Source of the DNA: Alphaproteobacteria bacterium
GTDB taxonomy: Bacteria; Pseudomonadota; Alphaproteobacteria; UBA828
Direction: 5' to 3'
Assembly (NCBI GenBank): GCA_965237415.1
Contig: CBDEFM010000002.1
Location: 1,440,001-1,504,000, forward strand
Length of the DNA stretch: 64,000 bases
In this document: piece after piece, positions 33,963 to 43,635 of the stretch
Position numbering within the stretch: the first letter of the stretch is position 1
Layout of the letters: each line of letters begins with the position of its first letter
Notes under the pieces: generated by a model
The model's database searches: none
The model's input: only the letters and a program-made list of their open reading frames with translations
What the model was told of the DNA's origin: nothing
Position numbers and translations under genes: made by a program

Positions 33963-34652
33963 TCAGCCGATGCCCAGCAGCGCGGGAAGCTCGGCGAGCG
34001 TGGCGATCTCCGCGTCGGGCGCTTCGGGCACGCGCTCCTGCCCCTGACCGAAGCGGTTGCACCAGGCGACGCGGAAGCCGAAGGCCGCGGCGGCGTTGGC
34101 ATCCCAGGCGTTGGAAGACTGGAAACTCACGTTGGCCCCTTCCACGCCGAGCCGATCCACCACCAGTCGGTAGACAGAGGGGTGCGGCTTATAGATTCCG
34201 ACCTCTTCGACCGAGAGCACGGCATCGAGGCTGTCTGCGATCCCCGCCGCCTCGACGGCAGCATCGAGCATCCCGGACTCGCCGTTGGAGAGGATAGCGG
34301 TCCTGAGCCCGTGCGCCCTGAGTGTCACCAGCGTCTCCTGCACTTCGGGGTAAGCATCCAGGGTGAGGTAAGCCTCCATCAGGTTGGCGCGGAGGGCCTC
34401 ATCCTCGATACCGAGCTCCCCCATGGCAAAGTCGAGCGCCTCGCCCGTGACTTGCCAGAACCCCGTGTAGCGGCCCATGAGGCTGCGAAGCCAAGTGTAC
34501 TGAAGCTGCTTGAGGCGCCAGAGATCGGCGAGCGGCGCGGCCTTCTCGCCGAGCACCGCGTTATGCCGCCCGGCCGCCGCGTTGTAGTCGAACAGAGTCC
34601 CGTAAGCGTCGAAGACACAGACAGAAATATCGCCGAAGCGTGGATGGGCCAT
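33963..34652 (-). CDS. Haloacid dehalogenase type II
   Basis: FDAYGTLFD, WRLKQLQY, ILSNG, YKPHP, SSNAWD. Confidence 0.92.
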   Translation of the reverse strand: MAHPRFGDISVCVFDAYGTLFDYNAAAGRHNAVLGEKAAPLADLWRLKQLQYTWLRSLMGRYTGFWQVTGEALDFAMGELGIEDEALRANLMEAYLTLDAYPEVQETLVTLRAHGLRTAILSNGESGMLDAAVEAAGIADSLDAVLSVEEVGIYKPHPSVYRLVVDRLGVEGANVSFQSSNAWDANAAAAFGFRVAWCNRFGQGQERVPEAPDAEIATLAELPALLGIG

Positions 34653-34754
34653 GCCCTACTCCTCCCGATCCCGGCGGATCCTGCCGGGGCACCGCTACGG
34701 CTATCGGGCCGGCGGCTTCAGCCGCCGCGTGTGACCCGCGTCTCCGCTCCCGGC

Positions 34755-34973
34755 CTACTTGTGGCGGAAGATGATCCGGCCCTTCGACAGATCGTAGGGC
34801 GTCATCTCGACATCGACCCGGTCGCCGACGAGCACGCGGATGCGGAATTTCCGCATCTTACCCGCTGGACGCGCGATGATTTCGTGGCCGTTGTCGAGCG
34901 CCACGCGGAACATCGTATCCGGCAGCTTTTCGCGAACCGTGCCGGAAAATTCGAGCAAGTCTTCTTTGACCAT
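34755..34973 (-). CDS. infA: Translation initiation factor IF-1
   Basis: [46 protein letters not shown]. Confidence 0.95.
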   Translation of the reverse strand: MVKEDLLEFSGTVREKLPDTMFRVALDNGHEIIARPAGKMRKFRIRVLVGDRVDVEMTPYDLSKGRIIFRHK

Positions 34974-35307
34974 AACCGAAGCCGTTGCTTCTTGATCCAG
35001 AGGGCGGCGAGCGGGGCCGCGGAGCATTTCAACCGCACCAGCGGCCGCCCGGGCCGGTTTGTGGCACAGCGCGGCCGGATTGTTAACCCGCAAATCTTTC
35101 CGGGTTCATGGCCTGCGCGGCGAGTTCGGGCAATTCATGGAGACGGCCGGAGCGCACAGACAGTGGCTGCGCGTGTTCAGCGCGGTTGGCAGGCGGGGCC
35201 ATGATGCTATGTTGACGGAATGTTGGAGATGGGCAAATTCGGGCGAAAACGAACCGGGTGCCGGTGGCGCGCCGGCCCAAACGGACTTGTCGGAGTGGAC
35301 TCGTAGA

Positions 35308-36402
35308 ATGGCGCAGCTTCGCCTCACGGGGCTGATCAAGAGCTACGGCTCGGTCCACGCACTACGCGGCGTGGACCTCGAGATCGAGGACGGTGAGTTC
35401 TTCGTCCTGTTCGGTCCGAGCGCGGCGGGAAAGACAACGACGCTCCGCATCATCGCCGGCCTCGAGCGGCCGGACGGCGGCACGCTCACGGTGGACGGGC
35501 ACGACCTCACGGGCGTCCCGGTCAAGCGCCGCGACATGGCGATGGTGTTCCAGAGCTTCGCCCTCTACCCCCACCTCACAACCTTTCAGAACCTCGCCTA
35601 TCCGCTACGCGAGATGAAGCTGCGCCGGAAGGAAATCGACACGCGGGTGCGGGAGACCGCGGAGCTGCTCCGTATCACCCACACGCTGGACCGCAAGCCG
35701 GCATCGCTCAGCGGCGGCGAGCAGCAGCGGCTCGCCATCGGGCGCGCCATCATCCGCCGCCCGCGGCTCTTCCTCTTCGACGAGCCGCTCACCAACCTCG
35801 ATGCGAAGCTCCGCCACGACATGCGCGCCGAGTTCAAGCGCCTGCACCGGGAGCTCGGCACCACCACGCTCTACGCGACTCCTGACCAACTGGAGGCGCT
35901 CAGCATCGGCGAGCGCGTCGCCGTCATCCAGCACGGGCGCATTACGCAGGTCGACACGCCCGAGCGGCTCTACGCCAGGCCGGTCGACCGCCACGTCGCG
36001 GCGCTGATCGGCGATCCGCCTATCAACCTGATCAAGGGCACGCTCAAGCTGGGCGGGAACACGGGCCCGGCCATCGAGCTCCCGTTCATGGAACTGGACG
36101 GCAACCCCTGGCGCGAGAGGCTGCAAGCGCTCGACGCCGGCACCGAGCTGCTGGTCGGCATCAGGCCGCACGACCTCACGCTGGTCGACGACGGCGGCGA
36201 CGGCGTTGCGGCGACGATCGAGATCACCGAGCCGCAGGGCGACATCACGATACTCGACCTCAAGGCGGAAGGTGTTGCGCTGCGCATGGTGGTGGCGGAA
36301 GCGACCGGAGCCCGCTACACCGCCGGCGACCGAGTACGAATTGCGCTCGCCGGCGCCGACACGAGACTTTTCCTGAGCGACTCTGGCACCATGGTGGCGT
36401 AG
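35308..36402 (+). CDS. Sugar-type (CUT1) ABC transporter ATP-binding protein 1
   Basis: GPSAAGKTT, LSGGEQQR, LFDEPL; H-loop reads ATPD. Confidence 0.9.
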   Translation: MAQLRLTGLIKSYGSVHALRGVDLEIEDGEFFVLFGPSAAGKTTTLRIIAGLERPDGGTLTVDGHDLTGVPVKRRDMAMVFQSFALYPHLTTFQNLAYPLREMKLRRKEIDTRVRETAELLRITHTLDRKPASLSGGEQQRLAIGRAIIRRPRLFLFDEPLTNLDAKLRHDMRAEFKRLHRELGTTTLYATPDQLEALSIGERVAVIQHGRITQVDTPERLYARPVDRHVAALIGDPPINLIKGTLKLGGNTGPAIELPFMELDGNPWRERLQALDAGTELLVGIRPHDLTLVDDGGDGVAATIEITEPQGDITILDLKAEGVALRMVVAEATGARYTAGDRVRIALAGADTRLFLSDSGTMVA

Positions 36403-36490
36403 GATGCGGCGCGCCCGCCGGAGCAGCTTGCCGGCATGACCGACGGCAGGTCCGCCGCGGTTCGCGAGTAGAGCAAAAGGGGAGACGAGC

Positions 36491-37921
36491 ATGAGAGGCA
36501 TGACGAAGGGCAAGGCGGCACTGCTCGCCGGCGCGGTGGCGCTGGTCGGCTCCGCCATGTGGGGAGGCCCCGCCCAGGCCGAGGACATCACCATCAACAT
36601 GGCAGCGCCCGATTGGCCGCCGACGCGCATCATGCAGGACATGGCGAACGCGAGCTACCAGGCGCCGAGCGGCAACACCGTGACGCTCGTGATCGACTTC
36701 ATCCCGTGGCCCGACTACTACACGCGGCTCGCGGCCTCGCTGACCTCGGGCGAGGAGAAGTACCAGATGGCGGTCAGCGACAGCCAGTGGCTGGGCGCCA
36801 ACATCGAGGGCGGCTACTACATGAAGATCAACGACTTCATCGATGCCGACCCGGGTCTGCAGGCGGTGTTCGAGGATCTGCATCCCAACCTCGTCGCGTC
36901 CTATTCCACCTATCCGCATCGGTCGGAGAACTACTACGGCTTCCCGCAGATGCCGGACGTGCTGGTGGTCTACTACCGTGAGGACCTGTTCTGCCATGAC
37001 GGCGAGATGGCCGCGTTCAAGGAGAAGTACGGCTACGACCTGCCGTGTTCGCCCGAGGAACATAACGAAGTCCATTGGGACCAGGTAGCCGACTTCGGCG
37101 AGTTCTTCCGCCGGGGTTCCGGTGACTCACTGGGCGGCGAGGCCTTGACCGACGACTTCTACGGAATCGCCTATCAGGCCGGCAAGGGCTACGACTTCTC
37201 CAGCATGCAGATCAACGGCTTCATCTGGCAGCACGGTGGCAGCATCTGGGACGAAACCATGGAGCCCGAAGGCCAGGCGCTCGGCGTCGTGAACTCCGAC
37301 GTCGCCGTTGAGGCTTTCGAGCATTATCTCTCGCTCACCCAGCACATGCCGCCGGTGGTCCAGACCGGCTCGATGGACATTTTCAAGGTCGACGAGCTGT
37401 TCCGCGAGGGCAAGGTCGCCTGGATCATCCAGTGGATCGGTTTCGGCGAATCGGCGATCTCGCCGGACACCTCGAAGGTCTCCGACCAGGTCAACTTCGC
37501 CAAGATGCCAGGCCTCAAGGTGGGCGACGAGATCGTGCGCTGGTCCAACATCGGCGGGCAGCCCTTCGTGCTGACCACCTGGAACAGCGACACGGTGGTC
37601 CAAGAGTCGCTCGACTTCTGCAAGTGGTGGCTCTCCACCCCCGTGCAGCACGAGTTCGCCTCGCGCGGCGGGCAGAGCGGCCTGAAGAGCGTCTACACCA
37701 CGCCCGAGTACATGGAGTACCGGCCGTGGAACCACGCCTTCGGCCCGAGCCTCGACTGGCAGAGGGACGTCTGGCACATCCCCGAGTTCTTCGAGCTGCT
37801 GGTGCAGCAGCAGGAAGAGTTCGACAAGGCGATCACCGGACAGCTCTCCGCCAAGGAGGCGCTGGACAACATCGCCGTATTCCAGGATGACCTCCTGCGC
37901 GAAGCAGGACGCATCGAGTAG
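36491..37921 (+). CDS. ABC transporter extracellular solute-binding protein (sugar family)
   Basis: Signal peptide ..AQA-ED; YYREDLF; position within the ABC operon. Confidence 0.88.
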   Translation: MRGMTKGKAALLAGAVALVGSAMWGGPAQAEDITINMAAPDWPPTRIMQDMANASYQAPSGNTVTLVIDFIPWPDYYTRLAASLTSGEEKYQMAVSDSQWLGANIEGGYYMKINDFIDADPGLQAVFEDLHPNLVASYSTYPHRSENYYGFPQMPDVLVVYYREDLFCHDGEMAAFKEKYGYDLPCSPEEHNEVHWDQVADFGEFFRRGSGDSLGGEALTDDFYGIAYQAGKGYDFSSMQINGFIWQHGGSIWDETMEPEGQALGVVNSDVAVEAFEHYLSLTQHMPPVVQTGSMDIFKVDELFREGKVAWIIQWIGFGESAISPDTSKVSDQVNFAKMPGLKVGDEIVRWSNIGGQPFVLTTWNSDTVVQESLDFCKWWLSTPVQHEFASRGGQSGLKSVYTTPEYMEYRPWNHAFGPSLDWQRDVWHIPEFFELLVQQQEEFDKAITGQLSAKEALDNIAVFQDDLLREAGRIE

Positions 37922-37937
37922 CGATCGAGGCGGTATC

Positions 37938-37968
37938 GGGGGCGGCTCCGCATTTGGGGGCCGCCCCC
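37938..37968 (+). terminator. Hairpin after the solute-binding gene (terminator or mRNA stabiliser)
   Basis: gggggcggctcc-loop-ggggccgccccc followed by ctttcctt. Confidence 0.55.
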
Positions 37969-38020
37969 CTTTCCTTCCCACCGATTGCCTAAGTCAAAGC
38001 GATTAACCGGCCCCTGAGTC

Positions 38021-38938
38021 ATGGCCGCTACCTATCACGTCGAGCGCGGAACGCTTCTGGAGCGCTTTTTCGAGCGCAACCGCGGGCCGCTCCTGGTCGC
38101 GCCGGCGCTCGCCGTGCTGGTCATCATGAATATCTTTCCGCTGCTCTGGTCCTTCGGCCTGAGCTTTTATCGATATCGGGCGAACCGCGTCAAAGAACCG
38201 GAATTCGTCTGGTTCAAGAACTACGAAAAGGTGCTCTCCGACCCGGTGGTCTGGGAGCGCTTCCAGACGACGGCGATCATCGTGACGATCGACGTGCTGC
38301 TGCAGCTCGTGGTGGGCTTCCTGCTGGCGCTGCTCTTCGAGAAGACCTTCCCCGGCCGCCGCGTGCTCCTGATGCTGGTGCTGACGCCGATGATGCTGAG
38401 CTTCGTCGCGGTCGGCGCCTTCTTCCGCTACTACTACGAGCCGACGTTCGGGTTGCTGAGCCAGGCGGTGAAGGCGATCACGGGCGAGCCCTTCATCCTC
38501 CTCGGCTCGCAGGTGGGCGCGCTCGCCGGCATCATCTTCGCCGACGTCTGGATGTGGTCGCCCTTCGTGATGCTGCTGGTGCTGGCCGGCCTCGTCAGCG
38601 TGCCGAAGCACCTCTACGAGGCGGCGGAGATCGACCGGGCCTCGTGGTGGCGGCGGTTCTGGACGATCACCTTCCCCTACATCCGGGGCCTCCTGCTGCT
38701 GGCGATCCTCTTCCGCACCATCGAGGCGTTCAAGCTCTTCGACATCGTGTTCCTGATCACCGAGGGCGGGCCGGGCACCTCGACCGAGACCATCGCGGTC
38801 TACGTCTATCGAGTGGCCTTCCAGTACTTCAAGACGAGCCAATCGGCGGCGCTCGGCTATATCCTGCTCTTCGTGGTCATCGTGCTGACCAACCTCTATC
38901 TCTTCTTCGTCAGGCGACGGGCGGAAGAGGAGCCTTAA
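38021..38938 (+). CDS. Carbohydrate ABC transporter permease 1
   Basis: Multiple TM segments; EAA motif LYEAAEIDRAS. Confidence 0.92.
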   Translation: MAATYHVERGTLLERFFERNRGPLLVAPALAVLVIMNIFPLLWSFGLSFYRYRANRVKEPEFVWFKNYEKVLSDPVVWERFQTTAIIVTIDVLLQLVVGFLLALLFEKTFPGRRVLLMLVLTPMMLSFVAVGAFFRYYYEPTFGLLSQAVKAITGEPFILLGSQVGALAGIIFADVWMWSPFVMLLVLAGLVSVPKHLYEAAEIDRASWWRRFWTITFPYIRGLLLLAILFRTIEAFKLFDIVFLITEGGPGTSTETIAVYVYRVAFQYFKTSQSAALGYILLFVVIVLTNLYLFFVRRRAEEEP

Positions 38939-38941
38939 GCC

Positions 38942-39811
38942 ATGGCGCGCAGACGACCTGAGATCGGCAAGGCAGGCTGGCGTCAGACCGCGGTCTCGAC
39001 GGTGATCAGCTTCATCTACTTCTTCCCGGTGTTGTGGATCATCCTGACCGCGTTCAAGTCGCACACCGACGCGCTCTCCACCCCGCCCGAGTTCATCTTC
39101 ACGCCGACGCTGGAGAATTTCGCCAACGTCTTCTCGCGCGCCTACGAGCGCGGCGGCGCCTCGGTGGACACCGGCTTCGACCTCTTCTTCTTCAACAGCA
39201 TCTTCATCGCCGGCGCCTCGGTCGCGGTAGCGCTGATCCTCGGCACGATCGCGGCCTACGGCTTCTCGCGATGGCCGCTCAAGGGCAACGAAACCTATCT
39301 CTTCATCATCCTCACGACCCGAATGCTGCCGCCGATCATCGTCATCATCCCGATCTTCATCATGTTCCGCGTGAGCGGGCTGTCGGGCAGCTACATCGGG
39401 ATCATCCTGCTGTACGCAGCCTTCAACCTGCCCTTCACCATCTGGATGATGAAGAGCTTCTTCGACGAGATACCGCGCGAGGTGGAAGACGCGGCGCGAA
39501 TGGACGGCAGCTCGGAGATGAAGATCTTCTTCCGCATCTGCATACCGCAGGTGAAGGCGGGCATCGCGGCGACCGCAGTCTTCGGGCTGATCCTGACCTG
39601 GAACGAGTTCCTCTTCGCCCTGCTGCTCACCGGCCGCGACACGCGAACGGTGCCGGTCGCCATGGCGCAGACCATCGGCGGCGACATCGGCGTGCGCTGG
39701 GGGCTGCTGGCGGCCATCGAGACGCTGTTCCTCATCCCCGTCGTGTTCGTGACGTTCCTGCTGCAGAACCAGCTGCTGCGCGGCGTCACCTTCGGCACGA
39801 TCAAGCGGTAG
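38942..39811 (+). CDS. Carbohydrate ABC transporter permease 2
   Basis: EVEDAARMDGSS, WNEFLFAL. Confidence 0.92.
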   Translation: MARRRPEIGKAGWRQTAVSTVISFIYFFPVLWIILTAFKSHTDALSTPPEFIFTPTLENFANVFSRAYERGGASVDTGFDLFFFNSIFIAGASVAVALILGTIAAYGFSRWPLKGNETYLFIILTTRMLPPIIVIIPIFIMFRVSGLSGSYIGIILLYAAFNLPFTIWMMKSFFDEIPREVEDAARMDGSSEMKIFFRICIPQVKAGIAATAVFGLILTWNEFLFALLLTGRDTRTVPVAMAQTIGGDIGVRWGLLAAIETLFLIPVVFVTFLLQNQLLRGVTFGTIKR

Positions 39812-39818
39812 CGCACCC

Positions 39819-40919
39819 ATGGCCGACATCGAGCTGCGCAACCTGAGCAAGCACTTCGGCACGCTCGCCGCGGTCGACGACATCGACCTCGACGTGGAGG
39901 CCGGCGAGGTGGTGTGCCTGCTCGGCCCGTCGGGCTGCGGCAAGACCACGACGCTCCGCATGATTGCCGGCCTCGAGGAAGCGACGGCGGGCGAGATCTT
40001 CATCGCCGGCACACGGGTCAACGACCTCGCGCCGCGCGATCGAGACATCGCGATGGTGTTCCAGTTCTACGCGCTCTACCCGAGCCTGACGGTAGCCGAG
40101 AACCTGGCCTTCCCGCTCCACGCCGAGCGCATCACGAAAGAGGAAATCGACCGCCGGGTGCAGGAGATCGCCGGCCTTCTCGACCTCTCCCATGCGCTCG
40201 GCCGGGTCCCCGGCCGGCTCGCGGAGGGCGAGAAGCAGCGCGTCGCCGTCGGCCGCGCGATCATCCGCGACCCGCAGTGTTTCCTCTTCGACGAACCCTT
40301 GAGCCGCCTCGACATCGTCGTCCGCCAGGAGATGCGCGGGCAGATCAAGCGGCTCTTGAACGGTCTGCACAAGGCGACCGTGATCGTGACCCACGATCAG
40401 ATCGAAGCGCTCACCATCGCCGACAGGATCGCGGTCATGCGCGATGGCATCATCGAGCAGGTGGCGAGCCCGCACGACATCTTCGCCAAGCCGGCCAACG
40501 TCTTCGTCGCGGGCTTCATCGGCACACCGCAGATGAACCTCATCGAGGCACGCGTCATCGACGCGGACGAGGATACGGCGACCGTGGACATGCTGGGCCA
40601 GGAGGTCGTGCTGCCCCTGCACGCGGAGGTCTCCTTGCAGGGCGATAGCGGACGGCGCAACACACCGCTCACCGTGGGCGTGCGCCCGCGCGGCCTCGCA
40701 TCGGCTTCCGAGGCGGGCCCCACCACCATCTCCGGCCGCATCGACCTGATCGAGCCGATGGGAGCGGAGACCCTGATCCACCTCCGCATCGGCGACGACG
40801 ATCTGCGCGTCGTGGCCGGCCGCGGATACCCGGTCGCGGTCGGCGAGACCTTGCACGTGGCGCCGGCTGAGGGGCAGGTCCATCTGTTCGACCATGACGG
40901 CTTGAGGATCGCCTCGTGA
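39819..40919 (+). CDS. Sugar-type ABC transporter ATP-binding protein 2
   Basis: GPSGCGKTT, FLFDEPL, VTHDQ; degenerate signature LAEGEKQR. Confidence 0.92.
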   Translation: MADIELRNLSKHFGTLAAVDDIDLDVEAGEVVCLLGPSGCGKTTTLRMIAGLEEATAGEIFIAGTRVNDLAPRDRDIAMVFQFYALYPSLTVAENLAFPLHAERITKEEIDRRVQEIAGLLDLSHALGRVPGRLAEGEKQRVAVGRAIIRDPQCFLFDEPLSRLDIVVRQEMRGQIKRLLNGLHKATVIVTHDQIEALTIADRIAVMRDGIIEQVASPHDIFAKPANVFVAGFIGTPQMNLIEARVIDADEDTATVDMLGQEVVLPLHAEVSLQGDSGRRNTPLTVGVRPRGLASASEAGPTTISGRIDLIEPMGAETLIHLRIGDDDLRVVAGRGYPVAVGETLHVAPAEGQVHLFDHDGLRIAS

Positions 40920-41209
40920 GCGAGGCTCCGGCACGGCGCAACATGTCCCGCCGCACGGCGCGATTGATCGTGCTGGCGATCATCGCGCTCTGCCTGCTCG
41001 CGCTTGTCTTCATTTTCCAGCCCGTGTACCGCCCGCTCTACTCGGCCGGCTGCGTGATGGTGGTGGCCGGGGGACTCATGTTCAATCTCGTCCCCTTCGC
41101 CAATACACAGAACCCGGTGCGCCGCGTGGTGCGCGTCAGCCTGATCGTCCTCGCGATCCTGATGACCGCCGTGCTGGTCGCCATCGGCTTCGTCGAGATA
41201 CTGCTGTAG
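40916..41209 (+). CDS. Small hypothetical membrane protein (3 TM)
   Basis: GTGA overlap with the upstream gene; three hydrophobic segments. Confidence 0.7.
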   Translation: MSEAPARRNMSRRTARLIVLAIIALCLLALVFIFQPVYRPLYSAGCVMVVAGGLMFNLVPFANTQNPVRRVVRVSLIVLAILMTAVLVAIGFVEILL

Positions 41210-41211
41210 CG

Positions 41212-41676
41212 ATGACGAGGGACGGCTACGTCGACCTTGTGGAGAGGCGCTACTTCGGGAACGTCGCGCAAGCCGACATCCCGGCGGTGGTCGCCTGCTT
41301 CACCGACGACGCCCTGGTCACGATCTATCACGGCGATGCCGCACCACGCCTCTTCAAGGCTCAACCGGGCGCTGGCGAGACCCCGCTGCCCCGCTTCTTC
41401 GAGCATCTGCTCGCCAACTACGACCCGCAATTCACCGAATTCGTCCACTACGTGGACACAGGGGGCGAGCGCTGCGCCGCGACCTTCCTCGTCACGCTGA
41501 CGCCGAAACCGGACTCGACCTATCGCGACGCCGGTGTGCAGCGCTTGCGCAACTGCAACTTCTTCCGCTGCCGGGACGGGCTCATCCACGAGATGACCAT
41601 CTACTACAGCAACCCCGGCTCCGCAGGCGGCACGGAGGCCCACGGCGCCCGCCCCACCGGCTTTCCTCAGGCCTAG
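41212..41676 (+). CDS. SnoaL/NTF2-like fold protein
   Basis: YFGNVAQADIPAVVACFTDDA.., NCNFFRCRDGLIHEMTIYY. Confidence 0.75.
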   Translation: MTRDGYVDLVERRYFGNVAQADIPAVVACFTDDALVTIYHGDAAPRLFKAQPGAGETPLPRFFEHLLANYDPQFTEFVHYVDTGGERCAATFLVTLTPKPDSTYRDAGVQRLRNCNFFRCRDGLIHEMTIYYSNPGSAGGTEAHGARPTGFPQA

Positions 41677-41683
41677 CCCCTAG

Positions 41684-41880
41684 CCCGCACCATGGTGCGA
41701 TGCACGGCGTGCGCCGCCTACGCCACAGTTTCGCGTCATGCGGTGCACGAACGAGCGGACCAAGGCGGGCTCGATAGTCGGCAATTCTCACCGGGTCGCG
41801 CGCCGTATCTGGCCCGCGTGTCCCGCGGAATCTCACTTATCCCACTTAATCCCACTTAATCCCGGCGAATCCCGCTTCAA
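41684..41880 (+). repeat. Dispersed ~200-bp intergenic element, copy A (inverted homologue at 63401..63630)
   Basis: Shared blocks accatggtgcg.tgcacggcgtgcgc, gtgcacgaacgagcgg, tatctggc, tgtccc.cggaatc.cacttatcccacttaatccc. Confidence 0.8.
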
Positions 41881-42149
41881 AAAAGGGGGTTTCCCGCGTG
41901 CGTCGTGCTCCCTCACCCGGCGTTCGTTGCGCGCGTACCGGCCCGGCGCTACAGTCGGCCCGCCGATGCGGCCTTGGCGGGCCGTGCGACCGCCCGAACG
42001 ACGGAACGGTCGGTCCCCGTCGGCGAACGGTCGAGGCGCCGTGGAGGTGCGGGAGCGCTCGCTCCAGTCGGAAATCCGCCTCATGCATTGAAGAATGAGG
42101 AGGAGGCGCGATCCCCGCGGGGATCGCGGCGCACGACGTGCGGGATAGT

Positions 42150-42941
42150 GTGAGCGACCGGCGGCCGCGCCGGTCAGCGGCGCTTCGGGCGCTTTGGCTG
42201 GCGCTCGCCGGGCTCCTCGTCTGCACATGGACGGGGCCGGCGGCGGCCGAGCGCGTGGTCATCCTCGCGGCCGCGAGCAGCGCTCACGCGATCGACGAGG
42301 CGATCGGGCTGTTCGAGGCCGGGCCCGAGGACCGCGTGGTCGCCTCCTACGCCGGGACCTCGGCGCTGGCGCGGCAGATCGAGAGCGGCGCACCGGCCGA
42401 TATCTTCCTCGCGGCCAACGCGGCATGGATGGACCATGTGGAGGCCCTGGGCCTGATCGAGCCCGGCAGCCGGCAGGCGCTCGCGGGCAATCGCCTGGTG
42501 TTCGTCTCGGGGGACAGCGGCATGGCACCGTTCGAGCCGTCCGCAGCACTCGATCTCGGGGCGCTGCTGGCCGGCGGGCGGCTCGCCATCGGCAATCCCG
42601 ACCACGTGCCGGCCGGCATTTACGCGCGCCAGGCGCTCGAAGCGCTCGGCCTCTGGCCCGAAGCGAAAGACCGCCTCGCGCCGGCAGCCGATGTGCGGGC
42701 GGCGCTCGCGCTGGTGGCACGGGGCGAAGCGCCGCTCGGCATCGTCTACGCGACCGACGCCATCCGCGTGCCGGACATCCACGTGGTCGCGCCGGTTCCG
42801 GCATCGCTGCACGAGCCGATCGTCTACCCGGTCGCCCTCATCGCGGGCCGCGCCTCGCCGCTCGCGGCGCGCTTCTTCGCCTTCCTGACCGGGCCGGAGG
42901 GGCGAGCCGCATTCGCCCGCGCCGGCTTCGTCGTCGATTGA
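42150..42941 (+). CDS. modA: Molybdate ABC transporter substrate-binding protein
   Basis: LAAASS, SALARQIESGAPADIFLAA, HVPAGIYA, GIVYATDA; start approximate. Confidence 0.93.
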   Translation: MSDRRPRRSAALRALWLALAGLLVCTWTGPAAAERVVILAAASSAHAIDEAIGLFEAGPEDRVVASYAGTSALARQIESGAPADIFLAANAAWMDHVEALGLIEPGSRQALAGNRLVFVSGDSGMAPFEPSAALDLGALLAGGRLAIGNPDHVPAGIYARQALEALGLWPEAKDRLAPAADVRAALALVARGEAPLGIVYATDAIRVPDIHVVAPVPASLHEPIVYPVALIAGRASPLAARFFAFLTGPEGRAAFARAGFVVD

Positions 42942-42945
42942 GGCC

Positions 42946-43635
42946 ATGTCGCTGACGCCGCTGGAGGTCGAGGCGATCATGCTCAGCCTGCGGGTGGCGG
43001 GCTGGGCGGTTCTGATCAGCCTGCCTTTGGGCATCGCCGTCGCCTGGCTGCTCGCCCGGTATCGCTTCCCCGGCTGGGCGGTGGTCAACGGCCTGGTGCA
43101 CCTGCCCCTGGTGCTGCCGCCGGTGGTGGTGGGCTTCGTGCTGCTGCTGCTGCTCGGCCGGCAAGGGCCGCTCGGCGCCTGGCTCGACGACTGGTTCGGC
43201 ATCACCCTCGCCTTCACCTGGCAGGGTGCGGCGGTGGCTTCGGCCGTGGTCTCCTTCCCGCTCATGGTGCGCGCGATCCGGCTCTCGATCGAAGGCATGG
43301 ACCGGCGCCTGGAGACCGCCGCTCGCACGCTGGGCGCGCCGCCTGTCTGGGTGTTCGCGAGCATCAGCCTGCCGCTGATGGCACCCGGCGTGCTGACCGG
43401 CGCCATCCTGGCCTTCGCCCGTTGCCTCGGCGAGTTCGGCGCGACCATCACCTTCGTCTCCAACATCCCCGGCGAGACCCGGACGCTGCCGCTGGCGCTC
43501 TACACCTACACCCAGGTGCCGGGCGGGCTGGACGGCGCCTTTCGCCTGATGGCGATCGCCATCGTCATCGCCTTCGCCGCGCTCGTGGGCTCCGAGCTTC
43601 TCGCGCGCGTCCTCAGACGCCGGCTGGAGGGGTAA
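42946..43635 (+). CDS. modB: Molybdate ABC transporter permease
   Basis: LPLVLPPVVVG, FARCLGEFGATI, IPGETRTLPLA. Confidence 0.95.
   Translation: MSLTPLEVEAIMLSLRVAGWAVLISLPLGIAVAWLLARYRFPGWAVVNGLVHLPLVLPPVVVGFVLLLLLGRQGPLGAWLDDWFGITLAFTWQGAAVASAVVSFPLMVRAIRLSIEGMDRRLETAARTLGAPPVWVFASISLPLMAPGVLTGAILAFARCLGEFGATITFVSNIPGETRTLPLALYTYTQVPGGLDGAFRLMAIAIVIAFAALVGSELLARVLRRRLEG

Noticed and set aside
41821-41875. CRISPR array
   Set aside because: The units are about 10 bp with no unique spacers, and there are no cas genes.
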